This document shows, one piece after another, positions 11,498 to 24,199 of a stretch of DNA of 64,000 nucleotides (positions are counted from its first letter, which is position 1; every line of letters begins with the position of its first letter). A program made the translations under genes and the position numbers. Source of the DNA: Phoronis australis (lineage: Eukaryota > Animalia > Phoronida); assembly GCA_002633005.1 (NCBI GenBank), contig NMRA01000102.1, forward strand, positions 197,515 through 261,514, in the 5' to 3' direction. The notes under the pieces are model-generated. The model was not told the origin of the DNA. It saw only the letters and a program-made list of their open reading frames with translations, and searched no databases.

Positions 11498-11997
11498 CAC
11501 TGCCTCCGAAGCTTCTTTTTACCGACGCTTCGGTCAGTGGGAACACTTGATTTCCTCTACCAAAGTTAACAGCGCTAGTTAACTCCGAAGTGAAAAGATG
11601 GATTTCACAGCAAAGCGTCGGCGCTTCTGTATAATGAGAACACTTAACCTCGATGCCATCGGAGTTATCGGCAGGTGTCACTGCATTCGTCAACAGCGGC
11701 GGTAACTGGTTAATATTTGATTATATTTTGTTCCAGTTTTGGCTGTATGAGCACTCTGATTCTATTTTCCATATGTTTGCTGGATTCTTTTCACTGTACT
11801 GTGATTACTTTCATCTTTCAAAATTATGGATAGGCGAAGTCGCCTGGTACACGTTCTAAATCTAGACCAACGCAATACCTGAGAAACTGAGGAAAATGGG
11901 TATCCAAAACTACCACTTTTCCAACTGTGTTATAGACGATGCAATAGCCCAAAATGTGCTCTGGAGACATAGCTCATAGATTGGAGGGCGAAACTAA

Positions 11998-13694
11998 GGA
12001 AAGCCAAAGGGAAAAAAATTCCAGGACACTTATTTTCTATGCAAGATTTAAAAATAGTCCAAAACGTTGTTTTCACTCTGCATGACAAAAAAGACCAAAA
12101 TTTATCAAGTTAGGACCTATAATTTATGACGCCAGGAGTGAAAATTTAACACTTCAGTATCGAAATTTAACAGGCCAGGACAGATAAATTAAGCACGCCA
12201 CGACCGAAAATTTATAACGCGGGAAAATTTTTATGCCAAGAGACCACGTGACCTTCCCTAAGCATTGTTCCCTCTAAGAGATAACGTCGGTATCTACGTG
12301 CATCAAAAGGCTAAGCATTCAACAATGTCTCGCCGACGAGTCATACTATCGTGACAATGATGTTGAATTTCTGTTGTCTCTTCCACGCTTTACAACAGAA
12401 ACCAATGTACACTTTGCCTTTTGGACACATTACACTTAACTACAGCTAAGTATTACAGAGACTCAGCTGATTGTCACTACATTGTAGGCAAACGCGACCC
12501 AGTCTCTCAATAACTTTTTTACACTCAGTTGGCTGGTTGCCAGGGCGGGGGGGGGGTTCGTGAGGTTCGATCGAACCCCTTCCCCCTCGAGAAAGGTCCA
12601 GCCCTAGCCAGTAACCGCTACGGAAAGGTTGCCCAAACAGAGAAAAACTCTTAAATGAAGTACATATCCCGAATCTGTAGAAAAAAACCCTCACCGACGT
12701 GTCCCGTAGTCGCTGGTCGACAAGGCGCGATGTTTACGCGTTCATTCGAGCAGATAGTATGAGCTGAGTCTCATAAAAATTGCCGTATTGGCGCTGATAC
12801 ATGTCCAGAGCATCAAAGAGTTAGTTACTGACAACGTTTAGAGAAGATAAATCCGAGGAAGATAAAATTTAGAAGCCTATCAACCTCGCGTGCATCTCAC
12901 CGTTTTAATGAGAAATGTTGTACTAAAAATGGAATTTACAACATCTAGATTGAGTTAACTGAACTTATTGACAGTTATGTATTGAAAACATTGCGTCGCC
13001 CACCTTAGGGGCGCTCTCGTAAAAGAGTACAGAGTCGATGCCAATTTTTGCCAAATATCATCATAAGGTCCACTGTTTTAGAAATTCGAACCACCCCTTG
13101 CGCAATCCTGACCACGGGCCTGCACTGGTGACATTTAGCGAGCTGACGAGGTATGACATGTGATGTATTTTGATTTAATAATAGATCACAAACTCGTTCT
13201 TCCCGGCGTCGTCCGCGACTTTTACTCTTTGAAAAGAAAACCTGTCAGTGTCAAGTCTCAAACAACTCACATGACACGACAAATGATGCGCTGAAAAATT
13301 CTTAATTTTAAGACGGAGAGAATCATGCAATATGAAAATAATAAATTTAAATTTAGACCTTGAGTTCATATTGCATGTTTGAGACAGCTCAACTCAGTTT
13401 TATCCTCCGAGTAGTCTAATCCCGTCGGACCGGCTAACACCACGAAAAAGTTATTGAGCGACTGGGTCCCGTTTGCGTCGAGAGAGTGGATGGTTACGTG
13501 GTCTTCTGGCATGAAAATTTTCGGTCCTGGCATTATAAATTTTCGGTCTTGACGTGTTAAATTTTGGTCCTGACGGGATAAATTGTAGGTCCTGGGGTGA
13601 TAAATTATGTTTTTGAGCTTTTTTCGTCCTGCAGAGATTTAAATTCCTGAATTGAAAATGTGTCCTGAAATGTTTTCCGCTTTGGCTTTCCATA
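11998..13694. mobile_element. Foldback element with long, internally repetitive TIRs and nested MITEs
   Basis: ggaaagccaaag..ccaggacac..gaccgaaaatttataa..agaccacgtgacc and gacccagtctctcaataactttt are mirrored at 13445-13694. Confidence 0.65.
12526..13122. mobile_element. hAT-like MITE (same family as 36302..37935)
   Basis: Left gccaggg..ggttcgatcgaacccc..aaaggtccagccc, right aggtccac..agaaattcgaaccacccc..gcgcaatcctgaccacgggcctg. Confidence 0.65.
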
Positions 13695-14197
13695 ATATGC
13701 ACACCCGAGCCAAAAGCCTACCCGAGACGATACCTCACAGACGGCGAAATACACACCCACGCCAAATGCCCACCGGAGGCCGATACATAGCTACAATTAT
13801 CTCAGTGCAGTTAATTGAATCAGCAGTGTTGACATGGCCATCGGAAAAAGCCTTTCGTTTTTTGCCAGCTAAACAGGACGGAATGTAGTTTTAATAAATA
13901 GAAAGAAACTTTCGTTAAAACGGCGGCGCCAGGCAGGCACCCTCACAAAGTCACCTGGCTGACAAAAGTCCCATCTGAGTATACCATGATTTTAAAATTC
14001 CTCATTTGACAAATGTTTCGGTTTAATATTTGTCTAACACTGGAAGTGGAGTACTGTATAACCGTTGTTTCTTCTTCAAGAGGCCCCTTCAAGATGGACC
14101 CCCTTCATAAGGGGAGCCCGGAAATTGCCATCTTTTTGTCCTCCTAATATGGAGTTGGTAAACAAGTATTAGGTGTCCATTACAATATTACTCACAG

Positions 14198-14364
14198 GCA
14201 GACATTACTGGAAACAAGATGGTGGTAAAGATTATCCACGTCCTCTGGAGGTTTGGAAGAACTTGCCGAAAACTATAGACGCCGCAATGTTGTGGACTCA
14301 GAGTGGCTTCACGTATTTCTTTAGCGGTCCTTACTACTACCGCTTCAACGACAGAACATTCGAA
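14198..14364 (+). CDS. Membrane-type MMP, hemopexin exon
   Basis: tcacag| (G)RHYWKQDGGKDYPRPLEVWKNLPKTIDAAMLWTQSGFTYFFSGPYYYRFNDRTFE |gtaagt. Confidence 0.92.
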
Positions 14365-14802
14365 GTAAGTGTCTAATTTAGCTGAAATTAAATTTGAAAA
14401 TGTTTTTGTGATAGTGGCTCAATTTTACTCTGACTGTGATGGACACAAATATTACAGTACGGTTACACATATCTGTCTCTTCTCGGTGCTCACCAGTTTT
14501 TTAACCAAAAAAACAACACTATCCTAATTATCTCCCCTTAAACTGCAGTTTCTTTTCTCGGTGCTGGAAACGTGTAGCACATTTTCCAGTCTTGTGAGGA
14601 CTTATATGTGCTCGCGTGATTTTCTCAATTAAATTTGGACTCTGTTAGTAGCCGGGTACTTTTATATCAAAGTTACGGCAATACTTCTAGACGAAGAGGT
14701 GCAAGCAATACATTGCATATATTTGCAAAGGTCAAGCAGGGTAATTTTCAAATTATAGGCTTACATGACGCTGTATTTAGTAGTGTTAATGTGGAAGATT
14801 GT

Positions 14803-15100
14803 CTTTGGCCAAATGGGTGAACGTTACGCACGTAAATTACGTGCGAAAGTTAGTTCTTGTTTGAGGCGTAAAGTAATTATTAAGAGGCTTAAAATAATTA
14901 TTCGCGGCGTAACGTAATTACTTTACGCCTCTAAATAATTACTTTACGCCTCTAACACGACTTAACTTACGTGCACGTAACGTTAATTCTTGTTAGAGGC
15001 GTAAATTAATTTTTTGCGGCATATTACTTTACGCCTCTAACAAGAATTAAATTACGCATGTAATCTATGTGCGTAACGTTTACCAATTTGGCCAACGATA
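14803..15100. mobile_element. MITE with TIR (tatcg)ttggccaaatgggtgaacgttacg
   Basis: Inverted ends and internal ttacgc/gcgtaa repeats. A second copy lies at 33938..34223. Confidence 0.7.
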
Positions 15101-15441
15101 GAAGATTAATGGTCACGGCGCTCTAAACTTTAAAAACAAGTTATTCATTTCATATAGCACTCGCGGTTTAGTGGAATGGGATTATTTAGATGCTGCATAC
15201 ACAATGGATGAATTTTACACGACCAACTGTCAACGTCCTCGCCCGTTTTCCAGCAAACCAATGGTGGCGCCAAAATCTCTTTATTTCTAGATTCCGTACT
15301 TGTTTTTTTTTTACTTTCTACAATCGCATCATTGTCATTGTTGGTCGTATTTTTAGCACAGCTCATTGATAGTGTCGCTTCAAAAGAGTATTTTGTTTTC
15401 GCATCTGATGAAGTTAATGTTGCACCGGCGTGCATTTTCAG

Positions 15442-15723
15442 GTAGATAGAAATTATCCGAAGTTAACATCGCAGTGGTGGTTCGAGTGTGACAAGAGTGG
15501 AAAGATCGTGCAACCTCCGCGCACCGGCGCCTCGCGAGACCGCAACTTAGGAGAAATGGCGAACGTGCGCGGCAACCCGTGGGACCCTAAGGACAATGGC
15601 GACACATCGCCATCAACAACTGAAACTGAGTGCCCATGCAAAGGATCAAGGGCCGTTGGCCAACTGATATTGCTCATTTGTTCAATATGCTATTATTTTT
15701 TATGTAACACTAGTTCAATATAG
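15442..15723 (+). CDS. Membrane-type MMP terminal exon (end of hemopexin domain, CxC stalk, GPI-type hydrophobic tail)
   Basis: ttttcag| VDRNYPKLTSQWWFEC...TECPCKGSRAVGQLILLICSICYYFLCNTSSI*. Phase 0 matches the previous exon; AATAAA at 16150-16155. Confidence 0.9.
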   Translation, partial: VDRNYPKLTSQWWFECDKSGKIVQPPRTGASRDRNLGEMANVRGNPWDPKDNGDTSPSTTETECPCKGSRAVGQLILLICSICYYFLCNTSSI

Positions 15724-16971
15724 ATTTTTCGTTTATGTGCATGGTGCACAAACGGAGTCAGTCGAAAGTCGAGTACGTGTTTCTGAACCTTCCAAATGCT
15801 AATATACTGTTCACCTTATAAGGAAGTCGTATCAAGGCGACCATCACACGCGACGTGGGTCTACAAATTCTATTGAACCAGGGGACCAAACGGTGTATTA
15901 TAGGGTGGTTTTTAGCTTAGTCACTTAAATGTTGACATTCCGAAGATGTGATGGAAAATTCAAGTCAGTCGTCAGGGATTTTTAACTAGTTTAATCCACG
16001 TGTATTGCAAGCATGTAGTGTAACGGCAAATCTCACGTGACTGTAAAAGAAATAATCAAACTTAGAGGAGTCGGTTTACATCACCTTAATTTTGCATGTA
16101 CTTGTCCTCTTTGAATGTAAGCAATACAGATTGTGTGGGACATTGAGCGAATAAAAGCCACATTTCCTGCGTACGCACTATAACCACATTACAAAGCAGA
16201 CGACTCAACTACAGGCACAGAACTATCATCATGATAGAAAGTGGTCTACGTCCCATAACAGATCATTAATTAAAACAGTATCCAAACCATTTTAATGATT
16301 TGGATAGCGTTTTGGGAAATTAAAATTTCAAAACTTGGATTGCTCCATATAAGTCGCAAGCGATCTCCTTTTGGGTAAACCAACTATCATGGCATAGTTT
16401 GATGGAGAACAGAAAATTAATCAACATGTTTCGTGAATTTCATGTTTGGGAAGGAAAGTATACCCCTTTGAAAGAATATTAAACTCTATTTTGATGATTT
16501 CAACCAATCCTGGCTCTGTCACTTGCTAATGATGTCGATCTTGAACGATAAAAGCAGAAATCAACAAAAACTCCTACTTTCTAAGTCACAGATTGGATAT
16601 TATAGATCTTGGTTGGTGGCCAGCTTTTGCCACCGCAGTTGTCGTATTATTCTCTAAAAGGCAGCGTAGGTCAGACGATTGCCCGTTCATCAGACCTTGA
16701 AAGCTTTCAAATTTTCCTTCAAACTTTTGAGGGTTGCCGGAGATTACAGAGCATCATTTTGTATCGGAGAATGGGTTGGAAGTCGTCTTTAATATCAGTT
16801 AATAAACGAATAGCATGGCACACTCAACTGCTTGTGTATTGGCAGCAACATTGTTCTCTGTGACAACTACCTGTTTTCCACCAAGATCCACAAAATTATA
16901 CGGGTGAAATTTTTCATTTTTCACATTAAAGCATTTGGTAAAAATATAGCGTCAACCAAGTAGACACTTAA

Positions 16972-18436
16972 AGGCGAAGGCAACCTTTTTTCATGTCACT
17001 TTTAGCAAAAATAAGGTCTGTTGATTATCCCAGACATATTTTTCCCTTAATTACAGCTTTTCGTAATTTAATTAATTTCTCGTCCTCTACTTCGGAAGTG
17101 ACGTTTTGGGAGGCAAGAATTTCGAGCCAATTTCTTTTCATACAGTCAGACTGTGAGATCTGTCAAGTCAGTCATTGTTCTACCTCGGATGTGATAAGTT
17201 CGGTCGTCCTTTGCTTTTGTTTACGAGTCAGTCATCATGCCACGCTGTTGCTGCATACCAGGATGATTCATTATCGTCCACACGCGCTTTGGGTACCTTG
17301 CATCGCTTTCCAAAGGATGACACACTTCGCCGTACTTGGCTAGCTCGTTCGTGCGAAGAACGCAGCGCTACCCGCTCACGCAACATACAAAGCAGTGGCA
17401 AGCATTTTCAGCCGTCAGATTGCGACAGAGATATGTACGCTGAATTGATGAAGGTCCCTGCGAAACAACGCCTGAAGAAGGGTTCCATACCGTCGCTGCT
17501 GATTCCTGGCCGGGCAGTGCTCCGTTGCCACCCCCGAGAAGTGCGTTTTTGAAGCCAGAAGCCTCGTGAGCTGTGGCCACTATAAACAGTGACTGGAGGC
17601 ACTTCACCTACTGTCACTCATGCCTCCGAACGTACCACCTACTGTCACTCATGCCTCCGAACGTACCACCTACTGTCACTCATGCCTCCGAACGCACCAC
17701 CTACTGTCACTCATGCCTCTGAACCTACCACCTACTGTCACTCATGCCTCCGAACGCACCACCTACTGTCACTCATGCCTCCGAACGTACCCCATAGCGT
17801 GCAATTCCAGGAACTAGCAGTGATTCCCCGTGTGCTGTTGTCTCTAGCCCAGAACCTGTAAGCAGCCCTGCAGCGATATTGAGTAGTGGGAGTGAATACA
17901 GGCCCAGTTTGGCACCCAGTGAAAAGTACAGTTCGTCATCCAATGAACAGATAGCTGAGCCTAAGTTTATTGTGGACTTGTATTGGAGCTATTTAGAAGG
18001 TGCCACGTGTGTGACGAGGGAGTCGCACGGCGGTACTTTGTAAGCAGTTTGGGTGTTCAAGTCACCTTTCACTGAGAGTGTGTCGCGGTACACTCGGGCA
18101 AGTGTGACAGTTCTTCCTCTGCACGTGAGACGATAATGAGTACATCTCGGTAGGCAGCAACAGCGTGGCATGTTGACTGACTCGTAAACAAAAGCAAACG
18201 GCCACCGAACTTATCACCACCGAGGTAGAACAATGACCGATTCGACTGCTCTCACAGTCAGACTGTATGAAAAGAAATTGGCGCGAAATTCTTGCCTCCC
18301 AAAACGTCACTTCTGGAGTAGACGACGAGTAATTAATTAAATTACGAAAAGCTGTAAATAAGTGAAAAATATGTCTGGGATAATCAACGAACCCTATTTT
18401 TGCTAAAAATGACATGAAAAAAGGTTGCCTTCGCCT
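16972..18436. mobile_element. Kolobok-like DNA transposon, internally deleted, with THAP-domain pseudo-ORF
   Basis: TTAA on both sides (16968-16971, 18437-18440), ends AGGCGAAGGCAACC/GGTTGCCTTCGCCT, TIRs ~290 bp. Frameshifted THAP: MPRCCCIPG/..LHRFPKDDTLRRTW..KHFQPSD..RLKKGSIPS, and EPKFIV near 17956. Confidence 0.85.
17600..17790. repeat. 31-bp minisatellite, ~6 copies, inside the Kolobok-like element
   Basis: Unit ccacctactgtcactcatgcctccgaacgta. Confidence 0.9.
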
Positions 18437-20924
18437 TTAACCTGAAACAGTGATTCCAACTGTACGGCTAGTAGGCATTTCATAATAGTCTGAGCTGACA
18501 AACTATCATGACTACGCCACGTATTAACACTTTTGTACAAATCTTTGCCTCTATTATGGCAATGCAGGCTATCTGCATAGCAATACGAGTTTGTTCAGAT
18601 TACTTGAAAGAAATTTGAACGGACAGAAATGAATTGCCATTTCACGACGACAAAGACAAATCTCACAGTCATTGCAAGTTTTCAAAGAGCGTAACATTTA
18701 CAGCAATATGGCTTTGCACTACACAAGAAGCGCCAGCAAAAATATAACTTAAAAATTTAACGGTAGGCAGATCCAATAGGTTTGTCCTAACTTGAACTCA
18801 CATTTTTCATGGAGGTAAAATGCGTTGCCAGACTGACTATTTTTGAAATGTCAGGTACCCCTGAGGAAGAAAAATACATTGTATACCCAGCATTGACTGA
18901 TGTGTCCTCCTCTCTCAATGCCAACGTAAAGTGCAGTAGGACAAATTTGCCTGAATTACAATCTGTTCATAAAAATTATACGAGATAGTGACTAGTACAT
19001 CTGTACGTCGAAATAGGCCAGGTGCTTGAAACACACGGTGCATTGCGGGAAGAAAGCGATGTTACTTGTTACAAGTACATTGGACGACCCCTGTTGAAAT
19101 GTATATAGCTGAAGGCAAAACTGCTAACACGAAGACATTGCATATCTTAATGCTGCTAGTCATAACAATTGGCACACTAGGAATATCATTTTTCGTGCTA
19201 AACGAGATTAAGGGTCGAACATATGTTTCGCCCGAGATGGAGGATCTTTGTCCATTGAAAATGAAAATTTTCGGAGGAGTTGCGATGTCCAAAATTGAAC
19301 AGGCTCTCGTACCCGCTCTGATTGTGAAGCTTTGGATTTGCCTGTCCTACCTGACCTCAAACTAAATCCTGGGTTTTTAAGACCAGCCCAGTCCAAAGGG
19401 TCCAACCCGTACTTTGAAAATTGCAGATGTCTTCAAAACGGCTATTAATAAAAAGCGAGCACCTCTGAAGAGTAGAATCGGCCGTACAACGTAAAATGAT
19501 ACCGTTATAATCTTTTTTTATTCATCAATTCACAATGCAATGGTAAACAAAAATGCAGTAGTAAACAGTCTATATACACATGAAAACAATCATCAACAAA
19601 AAGCTGCTATAGACCCCAGGACGTTCTATCCAAGAAGCAAACTTTTGATTTAGACTTCCTCACTCATTGAAAATTGGTCTCAATTTGTTCAACAAGAATA
19701 ATTGCACTGATGACAAGCACCATCCGTTGAAAAGAAACAAGATCAGATTCCGTGTGCAAGACTACATTGGCTTCTCATTCTCAGGTACTTTATGTCTTAA
19801 ACCAACCTTACCTCAGTGACCCAATGAGCCACTGTAATCGCACTTGAAAATAACTGGGGTATGAGGATTCAAAAAGACAAATCAGTTTGAATTAAGGAGG
19901 AGACTAGGTGTTTTCAAGAGTTTAAAGTTTCAGTGTTAATTCCTAACATAACACTTTTTGTTTACACAAAATATACTATTGCATTCCAGTACATAGATAG
20001 CAATATAAATGCACATTGGTTTTCCAACGAACATATTGTGTTATGAATTATGAAGTTGAGTAATCCACTTCCAACTGAATAGTGTTATATGCCACGATAC
20101 AATCATGATTTCAAGGTACAACTGAGCAGTGTTACATGCTATGATACAATTATGATGCCAGGGTCCAACTGAACAAAATATTCTCCACTGTAAACTATAT
20201 TCTAGATTATTGCACACAAGCAAAACAAACAACTAAACATAAAGTCACAAATACAAAATTTTGGGCGTTTTATTAACCCAAAGGAACAAAACCATACCCA
20301 TCAACCTTTTTAAAACAGAAAGACAATGTAATAACATTTACATGTTAACTGATTACAGAAATTAACCTTTAAAATGGCTGTTGACATGATATTGACATAC
20401 AAACAAAAAATCTTCACTGAATTGTTTTCATTATGATAACCATATCCATTGTTTAGAATATGTTAATAAGATGCACTAATCAGCTGAGTTATGTTTATTG
20501 TTCATTGGTTATGGAGAAAGGGAAGCAGCCAATCACACGTCAACCTGAGGTATTCCCACAGAACAGGATGACTTTCATGACCAGCCAATTTCCTGTGAAG
20601 GGGACTCTTTCTTGACAATATTCCTCACCAAAGTGTGGCTTTTAGAACATAATTTCCAGCAAAACGGTGTGCTCTAGGAGTTTGAAACTCTACAAAAGCT
20701 TCAATCCCTTTTTCAAAATTACACAAATCTACAGAAGAGTTTTTCATGTTAACTATAATTCTAAAACTTTTCTTGCAAAAATGTACTCATTTTAGACAAC
20801 ATGGCATCTCTTCTTGTATTATTTCAGGCCAAATGGGCAAAAAAATCAGTTGTGCAAGAATCGTTTTGAAAGGTTAATGTTCATGGAATTAACCTCAACA
20901 AAAGGGTGTTGTTTCTGGAACAGA

Positions 20925-21240
20925 CCTACGAAAGGGTGACCTAACCTAACAAAGGGTAACCTGACCTAAGAAAGGGTGACCTGACCTAAGAAAGGGTGAC
21001 CTGACCTAAGAAAGGGTGACCTGACCTAAGCAAGCATGACCTGATCTAAGAAAGGGTGACCTGGCCTAAGAAAGGGTGACCTGACCTAAGAAAGGGTGAC
21101 CTGACCTAAGAAAGGGTGACCTGATCTAAGAAAGGGTGACATGACCTAAGAGAGGGTGACCTGGCCTAAGAAAAGGTGACCTGGCCTAAGAAAGGGTGAC
21201 CTGGCCTAAGAAAGGGTGACCTGACCTAAGAAATGGTGAC
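20925..21240. repeat. 20-bp minisatellite, ~15 copies
   Basis: Unit aagaaagggtgacctgacct. Confidence 0.95.
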
Positions 21241-21494
21241 TTTTTCATTGAATCTCTCTACAAAATGGATCTCTTTTTTCTAAACAACACGTGGGCACAG
21301 CACCATGCATCAGAAAACTCCATGACTGAAAAATATCAAGAAATGCTTTGTACAAACAAATGCAAGTTTGCGATAAACATAACAAACTACGATAATGAGA
21401 GCAAAGTACATTGTTGCAATGCACCCACAATTGCACCACAAACAGTATGCTTCTAAGGGTTTGTAAGCAATTAGCATCATATAATGTATAAAAT

Positions 21495-22722
21495 AACAAG
21501 AGTAACGCGGAGCTTTGAAATGTGCCCACGAATGCACAGCAAACGGTGTGCTGGCTTCTAGGGTTGTTTATTTGTTTCATAAAAATAGCCACTAGATGGT
21601 GCAAAAATGTCCAATCTATCTGAAAACAGTAACACGCCATCGCTATTTCAATAGAAAGCTATTTAAAAAATTTCATAAAAATCTGTCAAGGAACTTCAGA
21701 GAAACAAAGGAAAACAAAAAAAAAGGAAATTGCCGCTATGGGGCACAGCGTTCATTGAATCCGCCTGAAAGACATGATTGTCTGTTGTTAGCTTCATATA
21801 AATACAATTACTAAAATTTAATAAAGACCCTGCAATGTGTTTAGAAGATGCAGCTATGGGCGCAAAACAAAACAAAACTACGGCTAGGAGGAGCCACAGT
21901 AGTCAAAGTCGTTATCGTCAACCGTCCTCTTAACACTGAGAAAATATATGCCAATTTTCAAAATCATTCTTAGAATGGTCTGGTTGATGGAGAGGTGGAC
22001 GCCAAAAAACAGACTCGAAAATAGGAAAAATGGACACTAGGTGGCACAAAGTACCTTGATTTTATCTGAAAATGGGGGGATAGCATCATCTCACCAATAG
22101 ATACTTATATTCCAAATTTTCTGAAAATCTGTAGATGATCTTTAAGATAAAGAGGAACTTAAAAAACTAAAATTGCCACTAGGTGGCACACTGGTTGTCA
22201 GATCAGTACGAAAGTTATCATCCTTTATTAACATCATATAAATACACTGGCTAAATTTAGCAAAGATCCTGCAAACGGTTTAGGAGATACAGCCACGGGC
22301 ACAAAAAGACAAAACTGCCACTAGGAGGCACCACAGTATTCAAAATCGTCAGAAAATCATCGTCAGCCGTCCTCTTCATAGTAAGAACATACATGCCAAT
22401 TTTCACAATCATCCTTAGAGTGGTTTGGTTGATAGAGGGGTGGATGCCAAAAAACGGACTCGAAAACAGCAAAAATGGCCACTAGGTGTCGCAAACTACA
22501 TTGAATCCATCCGAAAACGGGAGGATAGCGTCAACACACTAGTAGATGCCAATATGCCAAATTTTATGAAAATATGTTGAGGACCTTTGAAGATAAGGAG
22601 GTAAGCGTACAAAACTAAAACTGCCACTAGGGGATCCGTCCGAAAGTTCGTTCAAGCCGTCACATCCACGAAAGGAAATGACGGCATACTGCGTCCACAT
22701 ATAAATATGTGGGCACATAAAA
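21495..22722 (-). mobile_element. Helentron-associated interspersed element (HINE), family A
   Basis: On the minus strand: 5' subTIR+IR atgtgcccacatatttatatgtggacgca, and 3' subTIR gtgggcaca plus hairpin relic and ctcttgtt. Homologous to 52566..53636. Confidence 0.7.
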
Positions 22723-23324
22723 AGGCCACTAGGTGGCGCAGCATAAGTCAAATCAGTCCGATACAAAGCAAGTGGTGTCGCCTGCTTGATAGAAACTTAT
22801 TTCCACAATTTTTTTAATATCCATCAAAGAACAAGACATAGTCACGAAATGAAAAGCTAAATTGCCATAAGTATTGAGAGTCGTCCCAAAATCAGTTACT
22901 GCAATAGGTATACCATGAAGATCCATCACATAATTTAGTTGAAACAGATGCAAAGAAAATAGAAATAGAGCAGTGGATGCAAACTGCTCGGCAAAAATCT
23001 ATATTCTTGCGACATAAGTAAACTGTTTCAGTACATATTTATCTCTGAAAATGACTTCTAGCAAATTCAAAAGTTAATCCTATTAAAAAAAATAGGAACT
23101 TTCAAAAATAATGGTAATCTAATTTAAAGTTTAGTTTCACACACAGGTCATTTTATTTACAGATTTTAAGGGATCCAAATTTTTAGAGTAGTGGCACAAA
23201 ATACATTAGTAGTAACATATTACAGATCATGAAGATGTTTTAAAAATCTGCGAAAGCCATCATAGGCTGCTTTGGCTTGCAGCACCAGCACCACCCACAC
23301 AGAAGTAAGTGACAGGGTCAAAAG

Positions 23325-23489
23325 TTAAGTGACAGGGTCGTATGAATTTCGATTGACTCTCTGCAGCAGTCTCTGCCTCTCCCGGGACATGCTGGTTATG
23401 AACGACTCTTGTTGGTTGTACTTGTAGAGTTTCACTGACGACAACACAACTTGACAGGTCCAAACTAACCAAAGCGACCATGATCCAAA
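23325..23489 (-). CDS. TMEM179: Transmembrane protein 179, exon 4 (terminal)
   Basis: ttttag| FGSWSLWLVWTCQVVLSSVKLYKYNQQESFITSMSRERQRLLQRVNRNSYDPVT*, matching the TMEM179 FGLW..W..LK.Y....QE....S...E...LL pattern. Confidence 0.9.
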   Translation of the reverse strand, partial: FGSWSLWLVWTCQVVLSSVKLYKYNQQESFITSMSRERQRLLQRVNRNSYDPVT

Positions 23490-24199
23490 CTAAAAAATCA
23501 AAAGACTCCATCAATTATGCGCCAGTCAAAAAGAATGTCGTCTTCCATCCAATTGCATTCTCTACTAGAAGCACCATTAGCAGAAATACGGTTGCCCAAC
23601 AGGGAACAAAAATGACAGCTTTGTACAGTTGAAATGTTTCTTCTACTTCAAAACTCAAATAAGCCAGATCCAATCAGACCAAGATATCTTAATAACCAAA
23701 TAATGTGAAATCTGACTCATCTGAAAGGAATGAGGACACAAACTAGAACAAATTTAGCTTGATACCATATCCAAGTTAAGAGAAAATAATCTGACCCCAT
23801 GTCTCGATTTGGCAACCTGCAGCTTGCCATTGTAACATCAGGTTTTGTTTGGTGACCTGATAAAAATTCCAAGTCGCCACAAAGTCACCGTTTTTTGTCG
23901 AGTAGCAACCAAGTTGGAAAAGTGAGATACCCGTAAAGACTTCACCACTTTTGTGATAAATTACAAACTTCAAAGACTAGGAATATGTTTCCCAAATACA
24001 ATACTTTTGGTCCACAACTGATCTTTTTATTTTGTGAAATAAGTACTTTTAACACCCTCAGCACACACCTGAGCACGTGCTCAAACTCTAGCAGGAAGTA
24101 AACTGATAGAGTTATTTGGTAAAAACCAGGAGTGCGCCTCACCATGGTGCATCTACAAATAATGTGCCATCCACCATCATTTATCCCGTTCTTTCTTAT

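Noticed and set aside
16993-18415. Paralogous 116/117-aa ORFs on opposite strands
   Set aside because: They are translations of the two TIRs of the Kolobok-like element and have no protein motif.
23690-23720. Extra TMEM179 exon after a good acceptor (tcctttcag)
   Set aside because: The frames close quickly, and the four-exon model is already complete and in phase.
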